Shown one piece after another: positions 27,744-43,132 of a DNA stretch of 64,000 bases. How positions within the stretch are numbered: the first letter of the stretch is position 1; each line of letters starts with the position of its first letter. Source of the stretch: Eledone cirrhosa (lineage: Eukaryota); the NCBI GenBank assembly GCA_964016885.1, contig OZ024740.1, forward strand, positions 413,292,001 through 413,356,000. Direction: 5' to 3'. The notes beneath the pieces are model-generated. The model saw nothing but the letters and a program-made list of their open reading frames with translations. It made no database searches and had not been told where the DNA came from. A program made the translations under genes and the position numbers.

Positions 27744-27794
27744 TATCTGATGAGAGTGGACCAAGGTGTTGGTACCATTGAAATATATATAATA
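27744..27794 (+). ncRNA. Type I hammerhead motif
   Basis: tat-CTGATGA-gagtggaccaa ggtg ttggtaccatt-GAAA-tatata-TA-ata. Confidence 0.7.
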
Positions 27795-27796
27795 GA

Positions 27797-27922
<126 letters not shown>

Positions 27923-27943
27923 ATATATATATATAAATATATA

Positions 27944-28048
<105 letters not shown>

Positions 28049-28156
28049 TTATATATATATATATATATATATATACACAATTATATATATATACAAAATT
28101 AAGATAAATCAAATGAATTTAATCTAAATCAAAATTATGGGTGTCATGCCAGAAAG

Positions 28157-28218
<62 letters not shown>

Positions 28219-28225
<7 letters not shown>

Positions 28226-28520
28226 GCTGAGTGGTTAGAGAATCGGATTCGCAATCGTAAGGTTGTGAGTTCGATTCCTGGACCAGCCGATGCGTTATGT
28301 CCTTGAGCAAGACACTTTATTTCACGTTGTTCCTTCTACCTGGAGTTGCGACCGATAGATAGTATTAGCAATTGGAAAGACCAACGGAAACATTGTTCCC
28401 TCGGTCCGATTTGACGAAAGTCGATCGTTCCTATATATATAAAAGGATCGATTGACTTTCGTCAAATCGGACCGAGGAAACAATGTTTCCGTTGGTCTTT
28501 CCAGTTGCTAATACTATCTA
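28219..28520 (+). mobile_element. tRNA-head SINE whose 3' part is duplicated in inverted orientation (28337-28520); related copies at 63428-63627, 57144-57487, 40430-40662(-), 41530-41640(-)
   Basis: tggctgagtggttaga (A box), gttcgattcc (B box), gtccttgagcaagacacttt core. Confidence 0.8.
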
Positions 28521-28859
28521 TCGGTCGCAACTCCAGGTATATATATATATATATATAAATATGAGTAATTCATTGTTAAAAAAAGCGTTAAAACAGTCGG
28601 ATGGTTATTTAACATAGGCATCTTACAAAGATGCGGCATGAAATTAAGACTGCAATATATTTTTTTAGAAACGACCCTTCTTCCTAGGCCGTGAATGCGT
28701 CACTTGTTAACTCGGGCAAAGGAGATGCGGTATAATTCTTCTTTCTTTCTCTCACCATATTGCGGTAGGAGTTTCCGTGGTTGCCTTGGCGCCAGTCCCT
28801 ACCCATGAAGACTAGGCTCTTTTAGATGCAGCCAGTACTTGCATCGTCGCAACACCTCA

Positions 28860-29518
28860 ACGAGGGCTGCGCATTGCACTCTTCATGTAAATAGAGTTCT
28901 ATTGAACAGGCGGAGGAGGTCAAATACTTCGGGGCCGTGTTCATTAGTGATGCAAGGCAGGAGGCTGAATTAAGTGCAAGGATTGCAAGAATTTGTGCAG
29001 TAATGCGCCAGCTTCGGCATTCAGTAATCAGAAGAATGGACATAAGTGTAAACACCAAATTAGCTATCTCCAATTCAGTATTCCTTCCAACCCTTAACTT
29101 TGGTCGTGATCGACAGAATACGATCCGAAATACAAACGGCCGAAATGGGATTCCTCCGAAGGGTTTTCGGATAGAGTACGTTGCACGGAGATCACAGTCA
29201 CTCTAGATAGATCCCCTTTGAGAGATCACAGCACCCATACTATAGGCATGTGGTTAGAATATTCAGGAAGGAATCGTTGGACAGATTTGAGGGTAAAACC
29301 AACCGGTAGAAGCCCGAGCATGATGCTTGGCTGGTCTCGCTTGGGGATCTACCTGGACCAGTTGGAGGCGGTTGCTTCTAACAGACTCCACTGGAAGGCG
29401 AGTTTGAGGACTCTGCCTCCACGACACTCTCAAGAAGAAGAAGAAGAAGAAGAAGAAGAAGAAGAAGAAGAAGAAGAAGAAGAAGAAGAAGAAGAAGAAG
29501 AAGAAGAAGAAGAAGAAG

Positions 29519-29548
<30 letters not shown>
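28860..29548 (+). mobile_element. 5'-truncated RTE-group LINE with (GAA)n tail
   Basis: IEQAEEVKYFGAVF..ELSARI..TKLAISNSVFLPTLNFG..AEMGFLRR; pure (GAA)n at 29432-29548. Confidence 0.85.
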
Positions 29549-29550
<2 letters not shown>

Positions 29551-30903
29551 CTGTCAAAAAGTTTACGTCTCACATTCTGGCCAATTCTTGCACCTCTGTA
29601 TCACTTCTTTGATTAGATATTTTTCTATTTACTCTCTCTTGCTTTTCTGAGTATATGTGTGGATATATTTGCCTCTGTGTAGTTAGATATACGTACCTAT
29701 GTGTTGTTGGATATACGTACCTATGTGTAGGTGGATATATGTACCTATGTGTGTTTTTTTAATATACAAATGTCTGTAATTACTTTCTATGTTTGTGTGT
29801 TCATGTAAATCTTATTCTCAGAATGCATAATCTTTAGAATATTTTACAAATCCTCAGCCTACCACTAATTGATTGGATTGAGATAATGTGAATCTTTATG
29901 TTTTCTTCCTTCTTAGAATATCCCAACTTTGCCTAGCTTTTATGCAACATTGCATTTACGATGTTCATTGCATCTATGCAAATACTTCCCCATTAAAATC
30001 TATTTACAGAATTCAAGGATAGTTATCTGCTCACTATTTCTATAAATATTCTCTTTTTCCACAACATTAAAGCAGAAAGTCACATCGGCTACACAGCTGA
30101 CATCTACAGCACTACGTGTTCATTGCTTTCCTTGCCGCATAGAATAAATTCAAGACTATTGTGTTTGCCGTGAAGTGTAGGGTGGCACCCTAAACATAAG
30201 ATTTTATTATTTCTCACCGGTATTCATTTTACAAAACTATTCTATTAACTCTCGTGTGTTATTATTTTCATAAACAAAGACTCATTTTACCGGATTGCTG
30301 ATTTGACTGTATGAAATTATAGTAGATATGTAGGCTTATATGATCTTTTTCGGTAGGTTTTATTATTTAAACTTCTAAGCCTTTCCTGAATATGGTATAA
30401 ATATAAAGTTTCTATAAAAATATTTCTTCCACATTATTTTTTTTACCTTATATTCTAGGTCATTTCCATCGATATAAATGTGCAATATGTATTACATCCC
30501 TCGTATTCTACTACGTATAAATACTGAAGTTGATACGGGAATTAATGAATGATGATCCTGATTTTTGCATAAATTTTTTATTTATCGTTTCATTCTATGT
30601 TTAGTCTGAGGTGACAGCTTTCTTAAATATATTATTTAATTAACTTCGGCAACCGTTTTCCTATCCTATGTGTTGCTTTGGTAGCATGCACTCACTTTAT
30701 CGCCAATGTATTTATCTCAGGTAACTTACTCTGCTAGTGTTTTATCTTCCTGAATCGACTAAAAAGAGGGTCTGTACTGTGCGGGGCATACTGTGGCACA
30801 TGAAACATCATATTACAAATGAGGCTAGCTGTTATCATCTATGCCACGGACATTATACACATCCATACACACGCACATACGAACACACAGACGCGCAAAT
30901 ATG

Positions 30904-30968
<65 letters not shown>

Positions 30969-31014
30969 ACATATATATATGTATATATATATATATATAT
31001 GTATACACACATAT

Positions 31015-31049
<35 letters not shown>

Positions 31050-31268
31050 ATGTAGGAGGTGAGTTTTATTGTAGTACAATAAAGCAATGCAGATATCGGA
31101 TAAGAAGCACTCTACAGTTTGTAGGACTGGAGTATACATAATATATAAGATCAAAAGATGGTTAAAGGAGTTCCATGTATTTTATTATGCGCATTTCAAA
31201 CTGATTTAAAACTGATTTAAAACTTCACTTCCACAAGTGTTTTTTGGCCTTCATATCATGTCCTCCTG

Positions 31269-31335
31269 TTTTATCTGATGAAAACACAAATGTTGTTGCA
31301 TGATGATGTTTGTTTTTGAAATGCGCATAATAAAA
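31269..31335 (+). ncRNA. Type I hammerhead inside a short fold-back (31140-31200 / 31315-31372)
   Basis: ttttat-CTGATGA-aaacacaaatgtt..gatgtttgttttt-GAAA-tgcgca-TA-ataaaa. Confidence 0.75.
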
Positions 31336-31365
31336 TACATGGAACTCCTTTAACCATCTTTTGAT

Positions 31366-31482
<117 letters not shown>

Positions 31483-31618
31483 ATGTAAAAGGTAAACAGA
31501 AATAACAACACAATCAGTACAGTATATGGAAGGGATATATTAGGTTAACGCTTAGAGGGTAATAACGTTTCGGACGCTAGTCCTTCACCAGAAGAAAAAA
31601 GATATATATTCATATATA

Positions 31619-31651
<33 letters not shown>

Positions 31652-31673
31652 ATGTGTGTCAGTGTGAGTGTGA

Positions 31674-31705
<32 letters not shown>

Positions 31706-32211
31706 ATTTGTGTGTGTGTGCGTTGGTGTGTATGTGTGTGTGTGTGTGTATGTGCGTGTGTGCGTGTATGTGTGTATTATCAAGAATCTACTTTATTCTA
31801 ATAAGGATTGTACTGATAAACACATGAAGGCGTTTATTATGTTTTATAATGGCTAGTGTTTTACGTATGTGTTGCATCAGTTATTGTAGCCTATTTATCG
31901 TCAATAATTTACCATTATATTAGGACGTGTCTTCCCCTTTGGTTAACGTTATACTGGATACACCAATATAAGTATATATATATATATATTGCAAGAGATG
32001 TCAACATGAATGGACCTGTTATTTTTATCTAAAGACATTTTTCCAATTACAACCCGCCCGTCCCCTCAATCTATCTTATTTCTCATTCTTTCTTCTGATG
32101 AAGGACTACCGTCCGAAACGTTAAAATACTCTTCCTGCTATATCAAGCGTTAACCTAATATATCCTTTCCATATAGTGTACCGATTGTATTGTTATTTCT
32201 GTTTACCTTTT

Positions 32212-32239
<28 letters not shown>

Positions 32240-32242
<3 letters not shown>

Positions 32243-33650
32243 ATATTAAACAAATGGAAACTACATTTATAAAACCATATTTATTTCATTATATATATTT
32301 CAGGGATATCATATTAAAAATATGGTATGCCCTCTTCAGATAAAATACAATATATAAACAGTTTTATAAATAAATTTGACATACCTTAGAATTTTACAAC
32401 TTCCATTTAAAAAGTTTTTTTTCTGCTAAATAAGGTTGGCGAATAATTTTGGTTTTGTTTGCTTTTGATTCTGATTACTTCCAATAAACTTGGCAATATT
32501 GTCAAATAAATTGGAAGGATTGATTGATATGCTGGGCACACTATGTTTTATTACGGCCCTAGATATTCTGGGGAGGAAAATATTCTTGGCGTTTTTAATA
32601 TTTTTTAATATTTTTTAATATATTGATATCTGTTCTATTCTATGCTTGAACGATAATCATATAAGAAAGGGCAAGCATATTATTATTATTAATAATGTAT
32701 ATTGTATGTATATATATATATATATATGTATGTACACATATATGTATGGTAAAATATTTTTTAACGCAATGAAGATTTTCATGTGAAATAAAAATTTACA
32801 GAGCTGATCATGTAAACTCACATGTGTCTATAATGTCAGTTTGAGATAACCTTCTCTTTTTCTTTCTCTTTTCTCTTTTTTCATGAAAATACATATATAC
32901 TTATGTATTCCAGTATTTTTTTGAAGTTTTATCTCAGATTTTGATTGTAAACCTATGAATTTTTAAACTAAACATATAGTCATTATTTTTTTCACACATT
33001 ATTGATATGTGTCTCATTCATGAATATTGATATTTACATTGTAATTCATAGGAATTGATAGACCGATGAAACATAATATTTTAAAACTATCATTTTTGTT
33101 TCTAAGTATATCTCCTCTCCTCCTCCCTCTATACTTGTATCGACTGTTTTAACTCTATCTCCTGTATCTCACCCCTCCCCTATCTCTCCCACCTCGTATA
33201 ATTGATATTACTCGATCTACCTCTCCTTATTTATTTTTGTTTTTATTTCTCCCCGTATCCTTAACACTAAATAAATAAATAAATAAATAAATAATTACAG
33301 TACCCCCTTCCCTCATTAATCTCTCATTTGGTGGTTTTCTCTTTACATACATTTCTTCATCTTCTTCACCTTCCGCTCTGACTTTTTCTTTTCTCCTTCT
33401 TTTTCTTTTTTCTTTTTTTCTTTTTTCTCCGTCTTTCTTTCTAACTGTCCTTAACATTTTCACTACCATAACAACTTTTAAAATGGAAGTTGTAAAATTC
33501 TAAGGTATGTCAAATTTATTTATAAAACTGTTTATATATTGTATTTTATCTGAAGAGGGCATACCATATTTTTAATATGATATCCCTGAAATATATATAA
33601 TGAAATAAATATGGTTTTATAAATATAGTTTCCATTTGTTTAATATCGTA
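32240..33650. mobile_element. PLE-like remnant with ~180-bp inverted ends, each carrying a hammerhead (32284-32345 minus, 33544-33605 plus)
   Basis: tttat-CTGAAGA-gggcataccatatt..aatatgatatccct-GAAA-tatata-TA-atgaa; 32240-32418 is the reverse complement of 33474-33650. Confidence 0.75.
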
Positions 33651-33772
33651 AAATACTCCAAAACCTTTTGAGTGCTTTTATATCAGTTATAAAATATTTA
33701 CTCGTTGTAACCCAACAATTTTAAATAAAACTTTTGCATATATATATATATATTTATGCATGTATGTGTGTG

Positions 33773-33853
<81 letters not shown>

Positions 33854-33874
33854 GTATATTTATATATATATATG

Positions 33875-34004
<130 letters not shown>

Positions 34005-35964
34005 ACAGTTATCCTTATATATGAAACTAACAAATGTTGAAAGCTTGGAAAGTGTTATGGGATATATTTAATATGTTTTGGTTAGTTTCTAAATGCATTC
34101 CACACTCAATCAGCATTGCAGTATTCTGTTCACGTAGATTCAGCTATTTGACACTAAATCGTTTACAATAGTTGAAGGTCTTACTTTACATTACACACAT
34201 TCAAGGAACGGGAGGCAAGCAATTAAATGTCTATATATGTTCTGTTTCTCTGAGTGATGCAAAAGAAATAAAACATATAAACAGACTAATACAATGATGA
34301 AATATATTCAAGAAACGGAAAAAACTTATGAAAACAAATCCTATATCTATATTTTTTAACAGCATTTGGAAATATATCTTGTGGTTATGCATATTATTAA
34401 TGTATCATGGGTTTGGAATCTCAAGAGTTTACCTCATATATCCTTGAGCATGCACACACCGATATAATCTTGAGCCGGCAGTTTTTTCACTATTTATTGA
34501 ATATGGATGACTTTATATATGTAAGCGTAAAGATAAATATAATGTATTCAAATATGAGTATATCTGAATAAATAATGCATTAAGAAATGCCGTTTTGAAC
34601 GTCAACTAATGTTATTAGATAACGTGTAGAAGCTAGATATCGTCGCTTTGTGTTTTAACTCTTTGAGAATACAATAAATTTGAGCAAAATAAAGGTTTGT
34701 GTAATCATGGAAAATAAAACACAAAATACAATCTCTTTTCAAATTTAAGATATCAACCATGATGTATTAATGTGTCATTATGAATCGTCTTCTTGACATT
34801 TGATGTCCATCGTCAAAACCAAATATATTTTTGCGTCATAAATTGCATTAGTAATAATGCGAGTTTAACGATATAACTGTTTTTGTTTACCTTCAGAATA
34901 TATATCTAATATCCTACATTACTAGACTTAAGAAATAAACGTTTGAATAATTAAGTTTAAACTTTACAATAAAACTAATATATTTCATGTAAACCAGTAA
35001 GATAGTATTTAAGAGATAAACACTGGTATACACCAGCCATACAGATAACTAAAACGAATTTCACTATGTTAGCAGATAAGCAAATAAACAGATATGCAAA
35101 CAACTCCATTAGATTCGTGAAAAATAGATCAGGAACATTAGCAGTGGAGGTTTTAACACATCCCCCGATAAAGTATAATTAAATCGCTCTAATATCAACG
35201 CAACAATTCCGAAAAGTTAGATGGTGTAAAAATATAGAACATTTGGGAATTTAGAATAATACACAGAAGAACAACAAACAAGAGAATGTTAAGTAAGGAT
35301 TTCATCAACAACCATGAGTTCCTGAAAATGTTGAAGAAAACTAAAATTCAATTCATGTCCATAGAATAATCACCCAAATTATAGTTAGAGATGGGGTGAT
35401 TATTCATCCACCTGAATGCAAATGTAGCACGCGTCATCCTTGTCTTGCAAAGGATTGGTGTGTCAATTTAACGAAACAATGGCGGTGGTGGGTTGGTTTC
35501 TGATAATATACTCAGGATGGATTGATTTCATTGTTTAGGTTTAACATCGTATTACGAGGTTTTATGTGATCGGACACATCGTGATTCAGGATGAAAGTAA
35601 CAGCGAAAGTTTTGAAAATTATGATGGCGCTTACAATAATATTTAGTCTCCACTAAGTGATTAATTTAAATTATTTCCTACATTTCTCTTGTTGTCCCCA
35701 CCAAAGAATATCATTTCTGTTAAATCAACCTTTAACGAATGCAACATTTCAAAGCTAAATATAGAATATGAATGTTATTAAGATTTGAAATTGAATCTAT
35801 AGCTCCCATTAGATTATTTTAACATCTTTATCCAAATATAACCAACAAAGAATACGATTGGTTTCTGAGTACGAAGTTTAATTTGTTTATTCTTAGTAAG
35901 ACGTAGTCTGTCAAAAAGGATTTCTTCATCGATGAGTAATGATTAGCCAAATATCATTCTGTAA

Positions 35965-36067
<103 letters not shown>

Positions 36068-36570
36068 CGTAAACAGAAATAACAACACAATCGGTACAGT
36101 ATATGGAAGGGATATATTAGGTTAACCCTTGATATAGCAGGAAGAGGGTCTTAACGTTTCGGACGCTAGTCTTTAATCAGAAGAAAGAATGAGAAATAAG
36201 ATAGATTGAGGTGACGGGCGGGTTGTAATTGGAAGAAATGTATTTAGATAGTAAACCAGCCTATCCTCTATCAAAACGAAGCGGCTCTGCAAATAATGAC
36301 CGATGGAAAAAGGACGCAATGTTTCGTCTACGACGTAGGCAAGTGGTAAAATTCCTACACTACTGCCGGAACTGGGGCGCGGTCCACCACCAGCACCAGT
36401 ATCGATAACACCAAAAGCAGCAAACCCATCAAAAAATGTGTGCACCGACGTGGAAAACGAAGAAAGCTCCTCCATCAAGCTCCCGCTGAGTTTAGCCTTC
36501 ATCATTATAGGATTGATAAAATAATGTACCAGTAACGTACTGGGGTGGATTTAATAGACGTTTCCCTCCC

Positions 36571-36624
<54 letters not shown>

Positions 36625-37414
36625 AATTGTAAAAATATATAAAGTGGAGAAGGTTTAATTTGAAGGTGTGACACTAACCAACCGACACTCGGTAATTAAT
36701 TTTTAAATTGAACGTGGCTTTTCGTAGTCTATATGCAATCCTAGTAAACACTATTTTATACATATGATATATCGCTAAAATCTTCTAATGTTCCTCTGAT
36801 AAATGGAACTCTTCTTCATTTTAACCTACATCACTTCATGTCTATCTATATGTCTTTATATTTGCTTAATCTTTCCAATTATTTTTATTGATATTGTTCT
36901 ATCTGATCGAATACTCATATCAGTTAATTTGCAGTCTTTAAATTTCCGGTCCTTGATGATCGTATCCGGAATGTATTTAGGCAAACGCACGTCACATAAT
37001 TCCCACTAGATCTGTTTGAAGTTATCTTTCGCTATTTCTCAGACTGTTACTATTCTTTGCTGATATAGATATTCTAATTTTATAAATGATGTATATTCGT
37101 GGTACTTATTGCATGTTTTCTTTTCATTCCACAGAGTTATAGATTCATAATACTGACTATGTGTTGATACATTTTGCACGGTAAATTAATACATCGTATA
37201 TTAACATAATATATACTGCGTTGATTCATGTGTGTCTAAATATAATATTCAGATGAGATTAGATGTTCGAGAACTAGACATTAATGAAATCATTATCAAA
37301 CTCAAAGATAAGAAATGTAGCATATTTTCTCAAACCGTATACTCTAAGGGACCTGATACCACAGCATAGTCGTAGTCCGTAGAAGGAAACAATGAGAAGG
37401 ATAATTAATAAAAG

Positions 37415-37466
<52 letters not shown>

Positions 37467-40400
37467 TTATTTATATCAAAACTAGATTAAGGATGTCATG
37501 TCTGAGAATATCAGAATCATGCGCCATATCACCTGTGAAATAAGCTCTAAGATTCCAAGTAGTAAATCCGAGCATTTATAATGAATTAAATTAAAAGTAA
37601 GATGATGTATGTATATAAAATAAACACATCAAATAGTTACAGGTGGGAGGGGGGGGGGGGGGGGGGTAATGCGTGAAGAGCGTAAACATACCTAGTTACG
37701 GAGGTGACATACCAAAAATTAACAAGAACCTAGATTATATATACCTTTCAATATTTAACCTTATCGATTATAGTTCTGAGTTCAAAACTTATCTGAAAAA
37801 AATCTGACCCCATTCATCACTCTACAGTTAATTAAATTAATAATACCCTATAAAAAAAATGATGTCAACTATATACTGAACCCTTTTACAAAATTCAATC
37901 ATTTGATTTATTCAAAGTGATTCAGTTATTTTAATACCCGGAAACTTGTTAGACGTTCGCTTTTGTTTCAATAAAGGTATATATATTCTAGGTTCTTGTT
38001 AATTTTTAATATGATACCTCCATAACTATGTATGTTTACACTCTTCACAAATGATCTCCTGTAACTGTTTGATGGGTTTATTTTATATACATACGTCATC
38101 TTATTTTTAATTTCATTTAATATATATACACATATATTTATTTATTTATGTAAGTATGTGTGGGGGTACATAGAGAAAGAGAGAAGGGGAAAGGCTTCCA
38201 CTCATTCTCTTTGTAAGCTAACCATGTGTTTGCCTTTATCCTAATAAATATAATGTATATAAATATTATTTCACACCTATGTACCAATCCTATGAAACCA
38301 TATTTATTGACGAGTGTAAATATTTCGTTATTTGTACTTGCTCTCTGTAAACTGAATGCAAATCCTACCTGGATATTTTCAAAGCCGACAAATAAAATAA
38401 TCCTGCAATCCTGGGATTAATTTTCATCTATCTTTCTTTTTCACCTTCTTTAACTCTCACGTCTCTGGAATAAATCAGCTATGCTCAAACACGGAATGGG
38501 AAGGGCTCAGCCAGGTTTAAAATACCCAAGATACAGTCTGTCAGAATAGGGTTTCTACGATTCCATCAGGAATTAGGAGCCCTATCATTTTCTTGAAAGG
38601 CAAATCATCATGCTTAACCTATATCAATATGAGATAATGAAATATTTATGCATTAATTGAATCAGGATATTTTTATATTTACACTATTTTAGGTTTCCAT
38701 TCCTTATATTAATTCTAAATAACTTCAGTAAGAACAATAACGTAACTCAAAATATAATTCTGAAGTATAAATTGAGATGGAATTGCTAGAATCCATCTCC
38801 CACGCTGAACATGTGCTCTTCCAATTTTGTAACTCTATGTAAACAATGGGCAATTAGTGTACAATAGATAAGGTTTACTAGATGGGTAGTGTTAAAGAAA
38901 ATTATATATAGCGATGACGCCATGTTCCTAGGTTGATAAGCATGAAGTCGCACTCAGTTTTCCAGTGTTTTCGTATTCCCCTACCTTAAGTTATCACAAT
39001 AATATAAAAAGGCTTCTTATTCAATTTTATTGAAGTTAATGTATTTTACTGTAAGAAGGTATTATTACAGTAGATGTATCTCTCAGATATCTAAAGTTGA
39101 TATCATCCATCGCTGACATTTTCTTCTACGCTATAACTTTGATAAGATAATTTCGAGACATGTATCGGTTTTTGGTAGTATCTTATTTGCAATAATGTCT
39201 ATCCAGGAAATCGCTATTGTCTTCAATAAGTGTTTTAAAATGATTAAAATATTTAGCCTTATCTCTTAAAGTTCCGAGTTCAAAACTTACATGAAAGAAA
39301 TCTGACGCCATTCATCATTCTATAGTTAATTAAATTAATTGTTTCTACATTTGGCACAAGGCCAGCAAATACCCAGTGCATTACTGGTACTTTATTTTAT
39401 CGACCTCGTAAGGATGAAAGGCAAAGTTAATTAAATTAATAATATCCTATTTAAAAAAATGCTGTCAACTATATACTCAACCCTTTTACAAAATTTAATC
39501 ATTTGATTTTTTCAAAGTGATTCAGTTTTTTTAATACTCGGAAAGTTGTTAGACAATCGCTTTTGTGTTTCCCTGCCAATTTAAACACGCCTAGCTAAGA
39601 TATTTTAAAGATCGTAGTTACGTATGCCATATTCAGTACAATAGTTAAAGGTATGTGGAATAAATAAAAGCTGAATAAAGAAATACCATGGAGTCTCTCA
39701 CAATTTGCTTTGGAGATCTTTATCTACAATCGGCCTATAAGTTGATGGGGATACTTCTATGTACACAGATTCTTCAGTGGATTTCTCACAAAGCAAATAT
39801 TTTAGGCCTTCGGTACACGAACGTCAGTAGTTTTATATTTGATTAACATATAAATAAGCTCTTGATAAGGCTGTAGACATTGTTCAATTGAGTGTCTTAT
39901 TTAGTTTGATCTGAGTGATATTTCATTCCATTATCCATTGCAACCAACGCCGAAATTAAGATTCTGTACTTGCAATTTACAACTTAATATTGCACCTATC
40001 TGCAAACTGTGTTTGTACACAACACCGTATATCACCGCTGGTAAGGAAATAAATAAATGTTTTACTAGTAAAAATACTTAATTGCGTTATGTTTTTATTT
40101 TGTTGTTTTTTTTTTTGCAGAAGGACGTGTTAGAAATAAAATAATATAATTTGAGTTTGCTATTTGCTGCATTATTTTATTTGAACTCAGTACCACCACA
40201 TTTGTAGAGCTTGTCAAATTGTTTACAGCGGAAAGATTATTAACCAAATTTTACGGATTAAATCACTGGGCTGAAGAGTCGTCTTAAGTGTTGAATGGGA
40301 AATTACATTCGGTTAGTACATTATCGGCATAACTCTATATTTACATTGAATATTCAATTTATGATATAAAGACTAATGAGCAATTTCGGTCACGGATAAC

Positions 40401-40682
40401 CATGGGATTTGCATTTAAAAAGTTCCCGTCCAAGGCACAAGTCCGGGAAAGGTTGGTTCTTGATGATCAAAAGTCGCCCATGAAGGTCATTCTCCCTCTC
40501 AACGCCATTAATGTTATCCAAGAGAAATGCTGATACAGCTTGTCACCAGTGACCTCTTAACTCATTTCCACAGGTGAGTGGAATGTAGTGCCTTGCTCAA
40601 GGATACAATGCACAGGGAATCAAACCTACAGCCTCACAATTGTAACCACTCCTTCTAACCCCTAGCTTATGATGTATGTATA

Positions 40683-41400
40683 CAGTGGCGGACTAGGTCT
40701 AACAATATTGGTTGCCAGGAGAAGAAGGAGGCCCACCTACGTATAGAATGCTGTCATTTAATTTTTATAATGAATAAATAACATTTTCGAAAAATACATA
40801 AGTGGAAACAAAAGAGTGCAATCACATTTTTGCGGAAAAATACATTCTCCAATAAAAAATATGTATTTTGCGAAATCCAGAGACTTTCAATAATGACCAG
40901 AAGTCTACCTAAATATTACTAAAAGCTCTAGGAAAACCATAAACGACACCACATCGTTTCCACTTTGATTTTGTAAGTAGGTTTATAATTATCAATTTTC
41001 ATTCTACTTTTGTTGCTGTCTCGGTGGCCTAGTTGGGGGAAACATAGACGGTGGTGTCCCTGTCTGAAGTTCGACCCTGGTCGGGAGAAGGGTCCCGTTA
41101 AACCTTTTCAGTTTGTTTCTATTGGTTGTAAAATAAAAACTAAAAAAAGGCTACGTGCACCTCTTGACCAAGATTGAACCCAAGACAAGGATCTCCACCG
41201 TCTCTCCTACCTACCACTAGGCCACACAACAACTACGAAAATCTAATGAAAATTCATATTTATAAATCTACATTTCAAAATGTTCAAAACAAAATGTTGT
41301 GGTGTCGTTCATGTCTTTCTTAATGTTATTGCTCCTACTTAAGGTCCACTTCTAAATCATTTGGGGAGAAATGAGAAAAATTGGGGAGATTTTACATAAT
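40683..41400 (+). mobile_element. Left end of a hAT-like DNA element followed by an imperfect inverted pair of tRNA-like cassettes
   Basis: cagtggcggacta..aatattggttgccag shared with 41977; right boundary uncertain. Confidence 0.5.
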
Positions 41401-41976
41401 GAAAGCTATACCCATTTTCACAAGAGAAGACATCTCTCACCCATCCCAAACTGGGTGGGAGATCTCCCCGTCCGACGGGGAGAGATGACAGGTCTGTAGT
41501 CTCCCCTCACCACACCACCGATGTACAACTCATTTTTGCCTGCTGTGTGGACTGAGGCAATGTTGATTAAAGTATGTTGCTCAAGTACGCAACACACTAC
41601 CCTGGCCAGGAATCAAACACAACCTGCAATTTCTAACAGTTTTATTTTCCTATTCAGGCCAGTAGATGATAATGATAACATCTGAGAAGGCGTTCCCCGG
41701 AGGACGGCAAGGTAGACGCGCAGGAAAGCCATTCCAACTCGCGGGGCTCACGCCTGCGGCTGGCCAGCTCAGCGCCTATGGTGGTCATTTGGGTGTTCCA
41801 TAAACTGCATCCTCGTTTTGTTTCACATCTATCTAAACTATATTTTAACCTGTAATCCATGTTTCATTTCTGTTGCATCTCATATCTCCCCCCCCCCCCC
41901 CACCTCTCTCTCTCACTTTCTCTCTGTGATATTTGAAGCTCCTATAATTGGCATTATATATATATATATATACATA

Positions 41977-42289
41977 CAGTGGCGGACTATGTCAAAAAAT
42001 ATTGGTTGCCAGATGAAGGGGGCCCACCATGCTATCATTTAATTTTGATAATGAATGAATACCATTTTCAAAAAATACATAAGGGGAAACAAAAAAGCAG
42101 TCACTGAAGAGGTCACACAATGTGTGACGAAAGAACTTTGACACTATATGAACAACCGACCGGTTGTGGAACCAACCAACCAACCGGAAATTTAAACATT
42201 CTTAAATTTATAAATATAATTCATAATAAATTGGAGTGAAAGCATGGGTGCGTGTGTTTCTTATTGGCAACATGACCTTCCCAAAGCAT

Positions 42290-42344
<55 letters not shown>

Positions 42345-42666
42345 TGTGTATGTGTCAATATATGTATGTTTGCATGCAAGAATGAATACACTAAGATTTA
42401 GTAGAATGTACAACCACTGATTCCAACTATTTGCACTATCGCATATTTTGATTTCTAGTAATTTCCTGGGGAGTTGGATGACCAAATGCTTAGCTTAATT
42501 TTTTTTTTTTAAATTCATTCTTTCCCTTAGATTTCAGCAAAGCATTGGCCACTAAAATAATACAGTGGGCCCTGCAACGCTACTGTGGGGTCTTGCAACG
42601 CTACTCTGGGCCCCATTGTCCCCTCTTTCCATTGGGCAACCTAGCAGCCTGGCTAGTCCGCCATTG
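41977..42666. mobile_element. Non-autonomous hAT-like DNA transposon (MITE)
   Basis: TIRs cagtggcggacta / tagtccgccattg; no coding sequence; TSD not resolvable in the TA-rich flanks. Confidence 0.65.
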
Positions 42667-42786
<120 letters not shown>

Positions 42787-42844
42787 ACTGCCAAGCAACA
42801 ATGCTGAGACTTGCGGCTCAGAAGAGAATTGCGTCGTGCAAATC

Positions 42845-42900
<56 letters not shown>

Positions 42901-42912
42901 TTCTGTACGTGC

Positions 42913-42947
<35 letters not shown>

Positions 42948-43062
42948 TATAAGGTATATCATGGAAGATGATATAATGCAAACGAGGTTGTAAATATCGA
43001 GGTAAAAAAAATTCAATGAGGGATAAGAGAGGTAAGTTTGAGTGCAAGCAAATTACAATACA

Positions 43063-43102
<40 letters not shown>

Positions 43103-43132
43103 AAAGAATAGAGGTGTAACACACAAGTTATT

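Noticed and set aside
28219-28295. tRNA gene candidates (also 63428, 57144, 54014)
   Set aside because: The first three run into SINE core sequence without a proper acceptor stem; 54014 is a PBS.
29218-29616. Poly-Glu protein
   Set aside because: It is the (GAA)n tail of an RTE insertion.
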